The notes under the pieces are model-generated. The model was given only the letters and a program-made list of their open reading frames with translations. It ran no database searches and was not told where the DNA came from. From Candidatus Omnitrophota bacterium (GTDB lineage Bacteria; Omnitrophota; Gorgyraeia; JABMRG01; JAFGKX01), in the NCBI GenBank assembly GCA_020354945.1, contig CP070655.1, positions 600,911 to 614,990 of the forward strand: a stretch of DNA of 14,080 bases, written 5' to 3'. Shown in pieces: positions 6,995-14,080 of this stretch. The position numbers were made by a program, and so were the translations under genes. The first letter of the stretch is position 1; every line of letters starts with the position of its first letter.

Positions 6995-8732
6995 TCCCAT
7001 GTTTTATGTCAAAAAAAATATATTTAAGACAGTTATATATCTGTCTTTTATTTTTTTAGCCTTCAACCTTTTTTATCTACAGGTAATTAGCTACCCCATT
7101 CATAAACAACGAAGTTTAGAAAATATAATAAGAATTATTCCTCTCGAGGCACCGAGAGGCATTATCTACGATAGGAATAACAGGATATTGGTAGACAACA
7201 GGATATCTTTTGACCTGGCAATCATTCCGCAGGAAGTAGACAATATTGATATAACCTTAGAAAATTTAAGCAAACTCTGCGGCATCTCTAAAAAACGTTT
7301 ATACAAGAATTATAAGAGAAATTATACAACTCCTTTTATACCTGTTACCGTGGCTTGTGATTTAGATAAACGCAAGGCCTTTTTTATAGATGAGAATATA
7401 GCCTCCGTCCCCGGTGCTATATTATTGAGTAACCCCCGTCGTAATTACCGAAACCCGCAGGCAATATCCCATATTGTTGGGCACATAGGAAAAATAGATG
7501 AGGCGGAATACAAAATATTAAGAGGTTACGGTTATAAGATACGTGAATATGTAGGTAAATCGGGCATTGAGAAATATTACAACAGTTATCTCAGAGGAGA
7601 AGACGGCGGTATACAGGTGGAAGTGGATTCTGCATCCCGCCGGGTAAGACGACTCGGGTATAAATCTCCGAAAAAAGGAAAGGATATTTTTCTGACTATA
7701 GATATAGATATACAAAGAATGGTAAACTTACTGCTTAGAGAAGAAACAGGCGCATGTATTGCGATGGATGTAAAAAGTGGCGAAATTCTAGCATTGGTGA
7801 ATTCCCCCGGTTTTGATCCAAATATTTTTGTCGATCCAACCAAGCAGAGGCAACGCCTTGCATCACTCAGGCAAAAAGACTACCCGATGCTTAACAGGGC
7901 TATATCGTCTGCCTATCCTCCTGGGTCCGCTTTTAAAATAGTTGTTGCAGCGGCTGCCCTTTATTCAGGCAAAATTAAAAAAGATACGTCTTTTTATTGC
8001 AGCGGTACATACAATTTAGGCAAAGCCAAATTCAGTTGTTGGGAGAAAAAGGGCCATGGCAGCCAGAATATAATTCAAGGATTAACCCATTCCTGTAATA
8101 TATTTTTTTATAATGTAGGTAGGGTAATAGGGCCAAACTTAATACACCGATATTCCGTTAGGTTCGGGCTGAGCCAGCCTACAGGCGTAGATCTTCCCGG
8201 AGAAGTAAGCGGGTTAGTGCCTTCGCCCTTATGGAAGAGACTCAATAAAAATGAATCCTGGTACCCCGGCGATACCTTAAATTTTACTATAGGTCAAGGA
8301 TATTTACTTATTACGCCTATTCAGGCGTTGAAGATGATAACATTAATAGCAAATAAAGGATTTACACCACGCCCCTTTTTAGCAAGAAGGATTGGCAAGC
8401 TTAACCTGGAAGGCAACAAAGTCAATAGAACTACGATTGCAGAAGAAAAAAACGAATTTGATATAATACAACAAGCCCTATTTAATGCAGAGAATGATTC
8501 CACCGGGACCGGACAAAGAGCCAGGGTTGAGGGTTTAAAAATTTGCGGCAAGACAGGGACTGCCCAGGTCCCTAAAGCTGAAACGCATGCATGGTTTGCT
8601 GGATATGTGCCGTATGATAGCCCAAAAATTTCTTTTGTTATTTTTTTAGAACACGGCGGCGGCGGTGGAAGAAAACCGGCTGACATGGCAAGAGTCTTGT
8701 GTAAGTATTTGAGAGAAAGGGGATATCTTTAA
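6987..8732 (+). CDS. mrdA: Penicillin-binding protein 2 (class B transpeptidase)
   Basis: N-terminal TM helix, APRGIIYDRN, GKSGIEKYY, and catalytic motifs SAFK (SxxK), SCN (SxN) and KTGT. Alternative ATG at 6999. Confidence 0.96.
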   Translation: MPNPMFYVKKNIFKTVIYLSFIFLAFNLFYLQVISYPIHKQRSLENIIRIIPLEAPRGIIYDRNNRILVDNRISFDLAIIPQEVDNIDITLENLSKLCGISKKRLYKNYKRNYTTPFIPVTVACDLDKRKAFFIDENIASVPGAILLSNPRRNYRNPQAISHIVGHIGKIDEAEYKILRGYGYKIREYVGKSGIEKYYNSYLRGEDGGIQVEVDSASRRVRRLGYKSPKKGKDIFLTIDIDIQRMVNLLLREETGACIAMDVKSGEILALVNSPGFDPNIFVDPTKQRQRLASLRQKDYPMLNRAISSAYPPGSAFKIVVAAAALYSGKIKKDTSFYCSGTYNLGKAKFSCWEKKGHGSQNIIQGLTHSCNIFFYNVGRVIGPNLIHRYSVRFGLSQPTGVDLPGEVSGLVPSPLWKRLNKNESWYPGDTLNFTIGQGYLLITPIQALKMITLIANKGFTPRPFLARRIGKLNLEGNKVNRTTIAEEKNEFDIIQQALFNAENDSTGTGQRARVEGLKICGKTGTAQVPKAETHAWFAGYVPYDSPKISFVIFLEHGGGGGRKPADMARVLCKYLRERGYL

Positions 8733-8733
8733 T

Positions 8734-8764
8734 AGGATTAAGGATTAAGTTGTAAGGATTAAGT
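8734..8764 (+). repeat. Heptamer-period repeat, copy 2 (AGGATTA AGGATTA AGTTGTA AGGATTA AGT)
   Basis: 30/31 nt identical to 380-410; fills most of the mrdA-rodA gap. Confidence 0.85.
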
Positions 8765-8774
8765 AGAGGAAAAG

Positions 8775-9869
8775 TTGATTAAGTTAAAATTGAAAATAGC
8801 AAAGTTTGACGTGTTTATAATAATGGCGGCATTATGCATAATAGGCCTTATCGTCTTGCATAGCGCATCTTATGCACCTGCCGGCCTGCTGACGAAGAAT
8901 TTTGCAAAGATGCAATCTGTCTGGATTTTATTTTCTTTGGCAGCAATATTTTTTGTATTGAAGTATGGATATGAAAAATTACTCGACAAAGCGTATATCC
9001 TGTATGCTATAAATATAGCATTGCTTTTGCTGGTACTTATTATAGGCAAAACTGCACTTGGAGCAAAGCGATGGATAAATTTGGGTCTTTTCTTGTTGCA
9101 GCCTGCCGAACTGTGCAAAGTCACTTTCATACTAGCCCTGGTAAGATATATTACAGATAATCAGTATAAACTAGACAATATTCGTGGGTTTATTGTTCCA
9201 TTTGTTATTATGCTGCTGCCGGTTGTATTGATAATTAAACAGCCGGACTTAGGCACAGCGCTTACGTTGCTGCCGATATTTTTTGTGACATTATTTGTCT
9301 CCGGGGTGAAAAAGAGATATCTGTTATGGTCGATAATGGCTGGTATAATATCTTCGCCATTTTTATGGAATATATTAAGGCCCTATCAGAAAAACAGAAT
9401 TCTGGTCTTTTTAAATCCAAACCAAGACCCTCTCGGTGCAGGATATACAGTTATTCAATCTAAGATTGCAATAGGTTCAGGCGGGCTCTGGGGAAAAGGC
9501 TGGATGGCCGGCACTCAAAATCAGTTAAATTTTTTACCCGAGCGGCATACCGATTTTATATTTTCAATAATAGGTGAGGAATGGGGATTTTTAGGTGTTG
9601 TTCTGGTACTCATGCTATTTTTGTTACTTTTTATAAGGCTCCTTAAAATTGCGGATTCTACCACCGACCCAGCCGGTAAGTTGCTTGTAATAGCAACAGT
9701 GATTTTGTTGTGGTTTCAGGTATTTGTAAACATAGCTATGGTTATGGGCCTTGTGCCTGCTGTTGGGTTACCATTGCCTTTTTTGACTTACGGCGGCTCT
9801 AATTTAATTGTTGCTATTATCCTGATTGCCCTGGCAGAAAGTGTTAAACAGCGGCGAAAGGTATTCTGA
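8775..9869 (+). CDS. rodA: SEDS peptidoglycan glycosyltransferase RodA
   Basis: GAKRWI, QPAELCK, QPDLGT, DPLGAGY, LPERHTDFIF and GLPLPFLTYGGS; follows mrdA. The exact start (TTG 8775) is uncertain. Confidence 0.95.
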   Translation: MIKLKLKIAKFDVFIIMAALCIIGLIVLHSASYAPAGLLTKNFAKMQSVWILFSLAAIFFVLKYGYEKLLDKAYILYAINIALLLLVLIIGKTALGAKRWINLGLFLLQPAELCKVTFILALVRYITDNQYKLDNIRGFIVPFVIMLLPVVLIIKQPDLGTALTLLPIFFVTLFVSGVKKRYLLWSIMAGIISSPFLWNILRPYQKNRILVFLNPNQDPLGAGYTVIQSKIAIGSGGLWGKGWMAGTQNQLNFLPERHTDFIFSIIGEEWGFLGVVLVLMLFLLLFIRLLKIADSTTDPAGKLLVIATVILLWFQVFVNIAMVMGLVPAVGLPLPFLTYGGSNLIVAIILIALAESVKQRRKVF

Positions 9870-9881
9870 ACTCAAAAAACA

Positions 9882-9910
9882 TTGACTTTGCTGTAAGTGT
9901 ATGATAAAAT
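9882..9910 (+). promoter_or_regulatory. sigma70 promoter with extended -10 for the small zinc-ribbon gene and rsfS
   Basis: TTGACT (9882-9887), 17 nt, TAAAAT (9905-9910), with TG at 9902-9903. Confidence 0.82.
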
Positions 9911-9942
9911 TCGCATAAACTTATAAACACGGGAGGTGTTGT

Positions 9943-10086
9943 ATGGCAGAAGGTTATTGTGTAAAATGCAAGGCTAAGAAGGAAATTGCTGACGGAAAAG
10001 AAGTAACAATGAAGAATGGTCGCAAGGCAATGAAGGGCAAATGCCCTGATTGCGGTACCAGCATGTTCAGGATTCTTGGCAAGTAG
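9943..10086 (+). CDS. 47-aa basic CxxC/CxxC zinc-ribbon protein (DUF5679-like), missing from the ORF track
   Basis: Manual translation: MAEGYCVKCKAKKEIADGKEVTMKNGRKAMKGKCPDCGTSMFRILGK*. GGAGGT at 9932-9937 and its own promoter. The YCVKC...MKNGR...GxCPxCGT pattern is recalled as DUF5679, not searched. Confidence 0.9.
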   Translation: MAEGYCVKCKAKKEIADGKEVTMKNGRKAMKGKCPDCGTSMFRILGK

Positions 10087-10109
10087 AAGACCTATAGGAG
10101 GTCAAGCAA

Positions 10110-10457
10110 ACGACTTCTAGAGAAAAGGCATTATATATAACCAACTTAGCAACCAATAAGAAGGCTCAGGGTGTGGTGGCTTTGGATATGCGCAAGGTCT
10201 CAACATTCTGCGATTATTTTATAATATGTAGTGGCTCTTCGCATAGAATGGTAAAGGCCATAAGCGAGGAGATTAAGGATGGTCTCGAAAAGCAAGATAT
10301 ATTGCCGGATCATATAGAAGGAGTAGCAGAAGAAGCTAAGTGGATATTAATAGATTGTGGCGACGTTGTCGTTCATGTATTTTATGAAGAAACAAGGCCA
10401 TTTTATAATCTCGAGTGGCTCTGGAGTGACGCAAAAAAATTGAAATTGAAAAAATAG
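10110..10457 (+). CDS. rsfS: Ribosome silencing factor RsfS (RsfA/Iojap), probable ACG start, 115 aa
   Basis: KKAQGVVALD, DYFIICSG, WILIDCGDVVVHVF and RPFYNLEWLW. The conserved N-terminal helix and KKA motif lie upstream of the track's GTG 10173. AGGAGGT at 10096-10102 is 7 nt before an in-frame ACG. Gene identity is secure; the start is inferred. Confidence 0.93.
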   Translation, partial: TTSREKALYITNLATNKKAQGVVALDMRKVSTFCDYFIICSGSSHRMVKAISEEIKDGLEKQDILPDHIEGVAEEAKWILIDCGDVVVHVFYEETRPFYNLEWLWSDAKKLKLKK

Positions 10458-10519
10458 GGACGGCGGTTGTTTTTTTGCAGCAAGGGAAAACATAAAAAAC
10501 AATTGCTGTCCCTATTTTT
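10450..10519 (+). repeat. 70-nt palindromic element (AAAAATAGGGAC...GTCCCTATTTTT), possibly also terminator-like
   Basis: Arms 10450-10475 and 10494-10519 pair at all 26 positions (3 G-U on the + strand) around an 18-nt loop. It includes the rsfS TAG and ends 2 nt before the argS TTG. Confidence 0.88.
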
Positions 10520-10521
10520 GC

Positions 10522-12210
10522 TTGAAAGTGGATATAAATACAGAGTTAATTAAAAATTTAGAGCTGACAATCGGAGCAACCAGAAAAAAATTTAATTTGA
10601 AGAATATTCCGGTTATTACTTTAGAGCCCCCTCCTAAAAAGGAATTTGGAGACCTATCTACAAATATAGCTATGCAGTTGTATAAATTGAATCGCACCAG
10701 CAAACCACAAACAATAGCTTCATTTATACGTGAAGATTTAAATAACCGTATTTCCAAAGGCCCATTAGGAGAATACATCAAAGATATCTCTATAAAACCG
10801 CCTGCTTTTATAAACTTCTTCTTTGCCGATAAAGCATTTTACGAGATACTTTATCAAATACAAAGACAGAGAGCAAATTTTGGCAGAACCGTCATCCCAG
10901 GCAGAGGCAAAAAAGCAATAATAGAATTTGTAAGTGCCAATCCAACTGGCCCATTAACTGTTGCCCATGCCAGACAGGCAGCAGTGGGCAGTTCTATTTC
11001 TAATATCCTTAAATTTTTTGGATGGAAGGTTTGTCAGGAATATTATCTTAATGATGAAGGTGTCCAAATAGATTTATTAGGTTCTTCTATATATGCCAGA
11101 TATGCCGAATTAGCAGGTTTCGCCTTCGGATTTCCGGAAGACGGCTACAAGGGGGATTATATAAGGGATATAGCGAAGGAGATTTATGATAAATACGGGA
11201 AAAAATTCAAAGATTACGGCGATAAAGAAAAAAGACTATTCTGCGAATACGGAGTAAAGGATATACTTAATACTATTAAAAAAGATCTATCGGATATGGG
11301 TGTTATGTTTGATAATTATACACCACAGAGTATACTGACTAAATCCAGGAAAATTAAAGATGCGTTCAGGTTATTGGAAAATAAAGGCCTTATTTATAGA
11401 AAAGACGACGCAGTCTGGTTTAAATCAACTAAATTTTATGATGATAAGGATAGAGTGCTTATAAAATCCGATGGCACTTATACCTATATAGCGCCCGATA
11501 TAGCATATCATAAAAATAAATACGATAGGGGTTTTGACTGGTTGATTGATATATGGGGTCCAGACCATCACGGATACATCGGCAGAATGAGGGCAGCCCA
11601 GCGAGCCCTTGGCAAAGAAGATAAAACCCTATCCATATTAATTTCACAGCTGGTAACTATCTACAGAGCCGGTAAGCTGGTTCGCATGTCCACAAGAGGC
11701 GGTGAGTTTATAACTCTTCGCGAGGTGCTGGATGAGATCGGTCCTGATGTGGCCAAGTTTTTCTTTCTGATGAGAAAAAAAGAAAGCCACTTAGATTTTG
11801 ATCTTGAGTTAGCAAAGTCGCAATCTTTGGATAACCCCGTTTATTATATACAATATGCCCACGCCAGAATCTGCGGGATATTAGAGCACAGCAGGGAGAA
11901 GATGAAAAAAATAAAAAATAAGGCAGACCCACGGTTATTAAAGCAAACCGAAGAGATGGCTATATTGCGAAAATTAAAAGAATATCCGGATATTTTATTG
12001 TCAGCTTATAATAATCTTGAACCTTACAGGATAATAGATTACCTATTAGACCTTGCTTCATCTTTTCATTCCTTCTATGCAAAACACAGGGTTGTTACCG
12101 CAAAATCGTTGCCTTTAACCCAGTCTAGATTACTTTTAGTAAAATGTGTAAAGACCATAATATCTAATGCCCTTAAGCTCATCGGGATATCCCAGCCGGA
12201 GAAAATGTAG
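10522..12210 (+). CDS. argS: Arginine--tRNA ligase
   Basis: FGDLSTNIA, IEFVSANPTGPLTVAHAR, EYYLNDEGVQ, DKDRVLIKSDG, WGPDHHGY, MSTRGG and NPVYYIQYAHAR, ending in PEKM. Start is TTG 10522 or GTG 10528. Confidence 0.97.
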   Translation: MKVDINTELIKNLELTIGATRKKFNLKNIPVITLEPPPKKEFGDLSTNIAMQLYKLNRTSKPQTIASFIREDLNNRISKGPLGEYIKDISIKPPAFINFFFADKAFYEILYQIQRQRANFGRTVIPGRGKKAIIEFVSANPTGPLTVAHARQAAVGSSISNILKFFGWKVCQEYYLNDEGVQIDLLGSSIYARYAELAGFAFGFPEDGYKGDYIRDIAKEIYDKYGKKFKDYGDKEKRLFCEYGVKDILNTIKKDLSDMGVMFDNYTPQSILTKSRKIKDAFRLLENKGLIYRKDDAVWFKSTKFYDDKDRVLIKSDGTYTYIAPDIAYHKNKYDRGFDWLIDIWGPDHHGYIGRMRAAQRALGKEDKTLSILISQLVTIYRAGKLVRMSTRGGEFITLREVLDEIGPDVAKFFFLMRKKESHLDFDLELAKSQSLDNPVYYIQYAHARICGILEHSREKMKKIKNKADPRLLKQTEEMAILRKLKEYPDILLSAYNNLEPYRIIDYLLDLASSFHSFYAKHRVVTAKSLPLTQSRLLLVKCVKTIISNALKLIGISQPEKM

Positions 12211-12215
12211 ATTAA

Positions 12216-12262
12216 CAGTCTTCAGTCTTCAGTCTTCAGTATAACTGACTACTGATAACCGA
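12216..12262. repeat. Heptamer tandem repeat with inverted counterpart
   Basis: (CAGTCTT)x3 CAGT - ATA - ACTGACT ACTGATA ACCGA; fills the argS-mfd gap. Confidence 0.8.
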
Positions 12263-12268
12263 CACGCC

Positions 12269-14080
12269 ATGTTCAAATCCATCAAAATATATTTAGAGCA
12301 ACAATTAACCAAAGAGGTATTATTAAGGCAATTTGTCAATTTTGGCTATGAGTCTACCGATTTTGTTTCAGAAGAAGGCGATTTCTCTCATAGAGGCAGC
12401 ATCGTAGATATATTTCCTGCAAGTTTCGAAGAGCCGGCAAGGATTGAGATATTAAATGAGGCAGTAAAGACCATCCGGTCTTTTAATGTAAGAACAGGTG
12501 ATGTCACTGCTGAACACGGGATAGTTATAATTCTGCCGCGTTTCGGCCGGAGGGGTCAGACCCTAACACGCGTATCCGCTAGACAGGGCCTGACCCCATC
12601 CTATGTATATTACGGCGCAGGAGAAGAAGTTCCGATTAAAAATTTTCTCGATTTAAAAAAAGGCGATTATGTTGTCCATGTAAATTATGGGGTAGGAATA
12701 TACCGGGGGATAGTCAGGGAAAGGGAAGATTATATACTCATTGAATATGCCGGTAACGATAAGCTATATATCCCCGTTGAAGAAATTAATCTTTTGCAGA
12801 AATATGTCAGTTTTTATAAAAGGCTCCCCAAGCTCAGTAAATTAGGCAGCAAGCAATGGCAGAGAATAAAAGAAAGGACAAAAAGAGCAGTTGCCTCATA
12901 CGCAATGGAACTATTGGAGGTGCAAGCAGCCAGATTAAAATTAAAAGGCTTTGGTTTTTCTGGGGATTCCGATTGGCAAAAGGAATTAGAAGCCTCGTTT
13001 GAATACGCAGATACAATTGACCAGTCAAAAGCCACCACAGAGGTTAAAAAAAATATGGAATTAACCAAACCTATGGACAGGCTCTTATGCGGGGATGTCG
13101 GTTATGGAAAAACAGAGGTAGCTTTGAGGGCCGCTTTTAAAGCTGTTATGGATAACAAACAGGTTGCTATTTTAGTTCCTACAACAATCTTAGCTGAACA
13201 GCATTATAATACCTTTAAAAGAAGAACGAAAAAATTTCCAGTAAATATAGGAATGCTTTCAAGATTCAGGACTAAAAGTGAGCAGGCCGCCATTTTAAAT
13301 GATTTAAAAAACGGAAAGATAGACATAATCATCGGCACCCACAGGCTGGTTCAAGATGATGTAAAATTTAAAGATCTTGGACTGGTAATTATAGACGAAG
13401 AGCAGCGCTTTGGCGTAAGGCATAAAGAGAAACTAAAAAGACTCAGATTTGTAGTGGATGTATTGACAATGACAGCAACGCCGATACCAAGGACGTTATA
13501 TATGTCACTTATGGGTGCCAGAGATATATCCGTTATAAATACTCCCCCGCCGGATAGACTACCGATAAAGACGGCGATAGCCCACTACAGCCCGCAGTTA
13601 ATAAAACAGGCCATATCCAGAGAATTGGACCGGAAAGGGCAGGTCTATTTTGTCAATAACAGAATAAAGGGGATAGAAAAAATAGCCCAAAATATACAGG
13701 ATATAGTCGGCCCTGACGTTAAAATCGCTGTAGCCCATGGAAGGATGTCTTCTAAGTCTCTGGAATCGGTAATGCTTAAGTTTATCAAAAATAAGATTGA
13801 CGTTTTAGTATCCACCACCATTATTGAGTCTGGCATTGATATACCCAATGCCAATACTTTGATTGTAAATCACTCTGATAAATTTGGTTTAGCAGACCTT
13901 TATCAGCTAAGAGGAAGAGTCGGTAGATTCAAAAAGAAGGCCTATGCCTATTTTATAACCCCCAAAGGTTTTTTGTTAAGCTCTGATGCAAAACGCCGCC
14001 TTAGTGCCATAGACAAATTTACCGAATTAGGCTCAGGATTTAAAATAGCTATGGAAGATTTACAGATAAGGGGGGCCGGC
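12269..14080 (+). CDS. mfd: Transcription-repair coupling factor, compact form, 3'-truncated (604 codons visible)
   Basis: Manual translation from ATG 12269: D2-like GDFSHRGSIVDIFP, RID GDYVVHVNYGVG, PMDRLLCGDVGYGKTEVA, IDEEQRFG, TATPIPRT, QLRGRVGR and TRG motif DLQIRGAG at the window end. Confidence 0.96.
   Translation, partial: MFKSIKIYLEQQLTKEVLLRQFVNFGYESTDFVSEEGDFSHRGSIVDIFPASFEEPARIEILNEAVKTIRSFNVRTGDVTAEHGIVIILPRFGRRGQTLTRVSARQGLTPSYVYYGAGEEVPIKNFLDLKKGDYVVHVNYGVGIYRGIVREREDYILIEYAGNDKLYIPVEEINLLQKYVSFYKRLPKLSKLGSKQWQRIKERTKRAVASYAMELLEVQAARLKLKGFGFSGDSDWQKELEASFEYADTIDQSKATTEVKKNMELTKPMDRLLCGDVGYGKTEVALRAAFKAVMDNKQVAILVPTTILAEQHYNTFKRRTKKFPVNIGMLSRFRTKSEQAAILNDLKNGKIDIIIGTHRLVQDDVKFKDLGLVIIDEEQRFGVRHKEKLKRLRFVVDVLTMTATPIPRTLYMSLMGARDISVINTPPPDRLPIKTAIAHYSPQLIKQAISRELDRKGQVYFVNNRIKGIEKIAQNIQDIVGPDVKIAVAHGRMSSKSLESVMLKFIKNKIDVLVSTTIIESGIDIPNANTLIVNHSDKFGLADLYQLRGRVGRFKKKAYAYFITPKGFLLSSDAKRRLSAIDKFTELGSGFKIAMEDLQIRGAG
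12552..12597. repeat. REP-doublet-like inverted repeat in-frame inside mfd
   Basis: GGGGTCAGACCCT - 20 nt - AGGGCCTGACCCC; 12/13 complementary. A GC-rich patch in an AT-rich gene, encoding RGQTLTRVSARQGLTP. Confidence 0.85.

Noticed and set aside
812-13854. Remaining short minus-strand ORFs overlapping rluD, aroA, mreB, mreC, mrdA, rodA, argS and mfd
   Set aside because: All are antisense to confidently identified genes and show no recognisable family motifs.

Overview
An AT-rich bacterial core-genome segment with every real gene on the + strand. Gene order: lspA (5'-truncated), rluD, two paralogous membrane-anchored coiled-coil proteins, aroA, mreB-mreC-mreD-mrdA-rodA, a 47-aa zinc-ribbon (DUF5679-like) gene missed by the ORF track, rsfS, argS and mfd (3'-truncated, also absent from the track). 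The style suggests a diderm PVC-type organism such as Omnitrophota; this is an impression, not a search result. There is no CRISPR, tRNA, rRNA or transposase. Five things stand out. (1) At least six REP/REPIN-like palindromes, three lying in-frame inside lspA, rluD and mfd and two overlapping stop codons. (2) The two-gene coiled-coil cassette is bracketed by an exact 26-bp direct repeat that is one arm of a palindrome. (3) Mfd is strongly minimised, with D2 joined almost directly to the RNAP-interaction domain. (4) rsfS appears to start at ACG behind a strong but hairpin-occluded Shine-Dalgarno. (5) Heptamer-period repeats sit at gene junctions, with one 31-mer recurring 8.35 kb apart.
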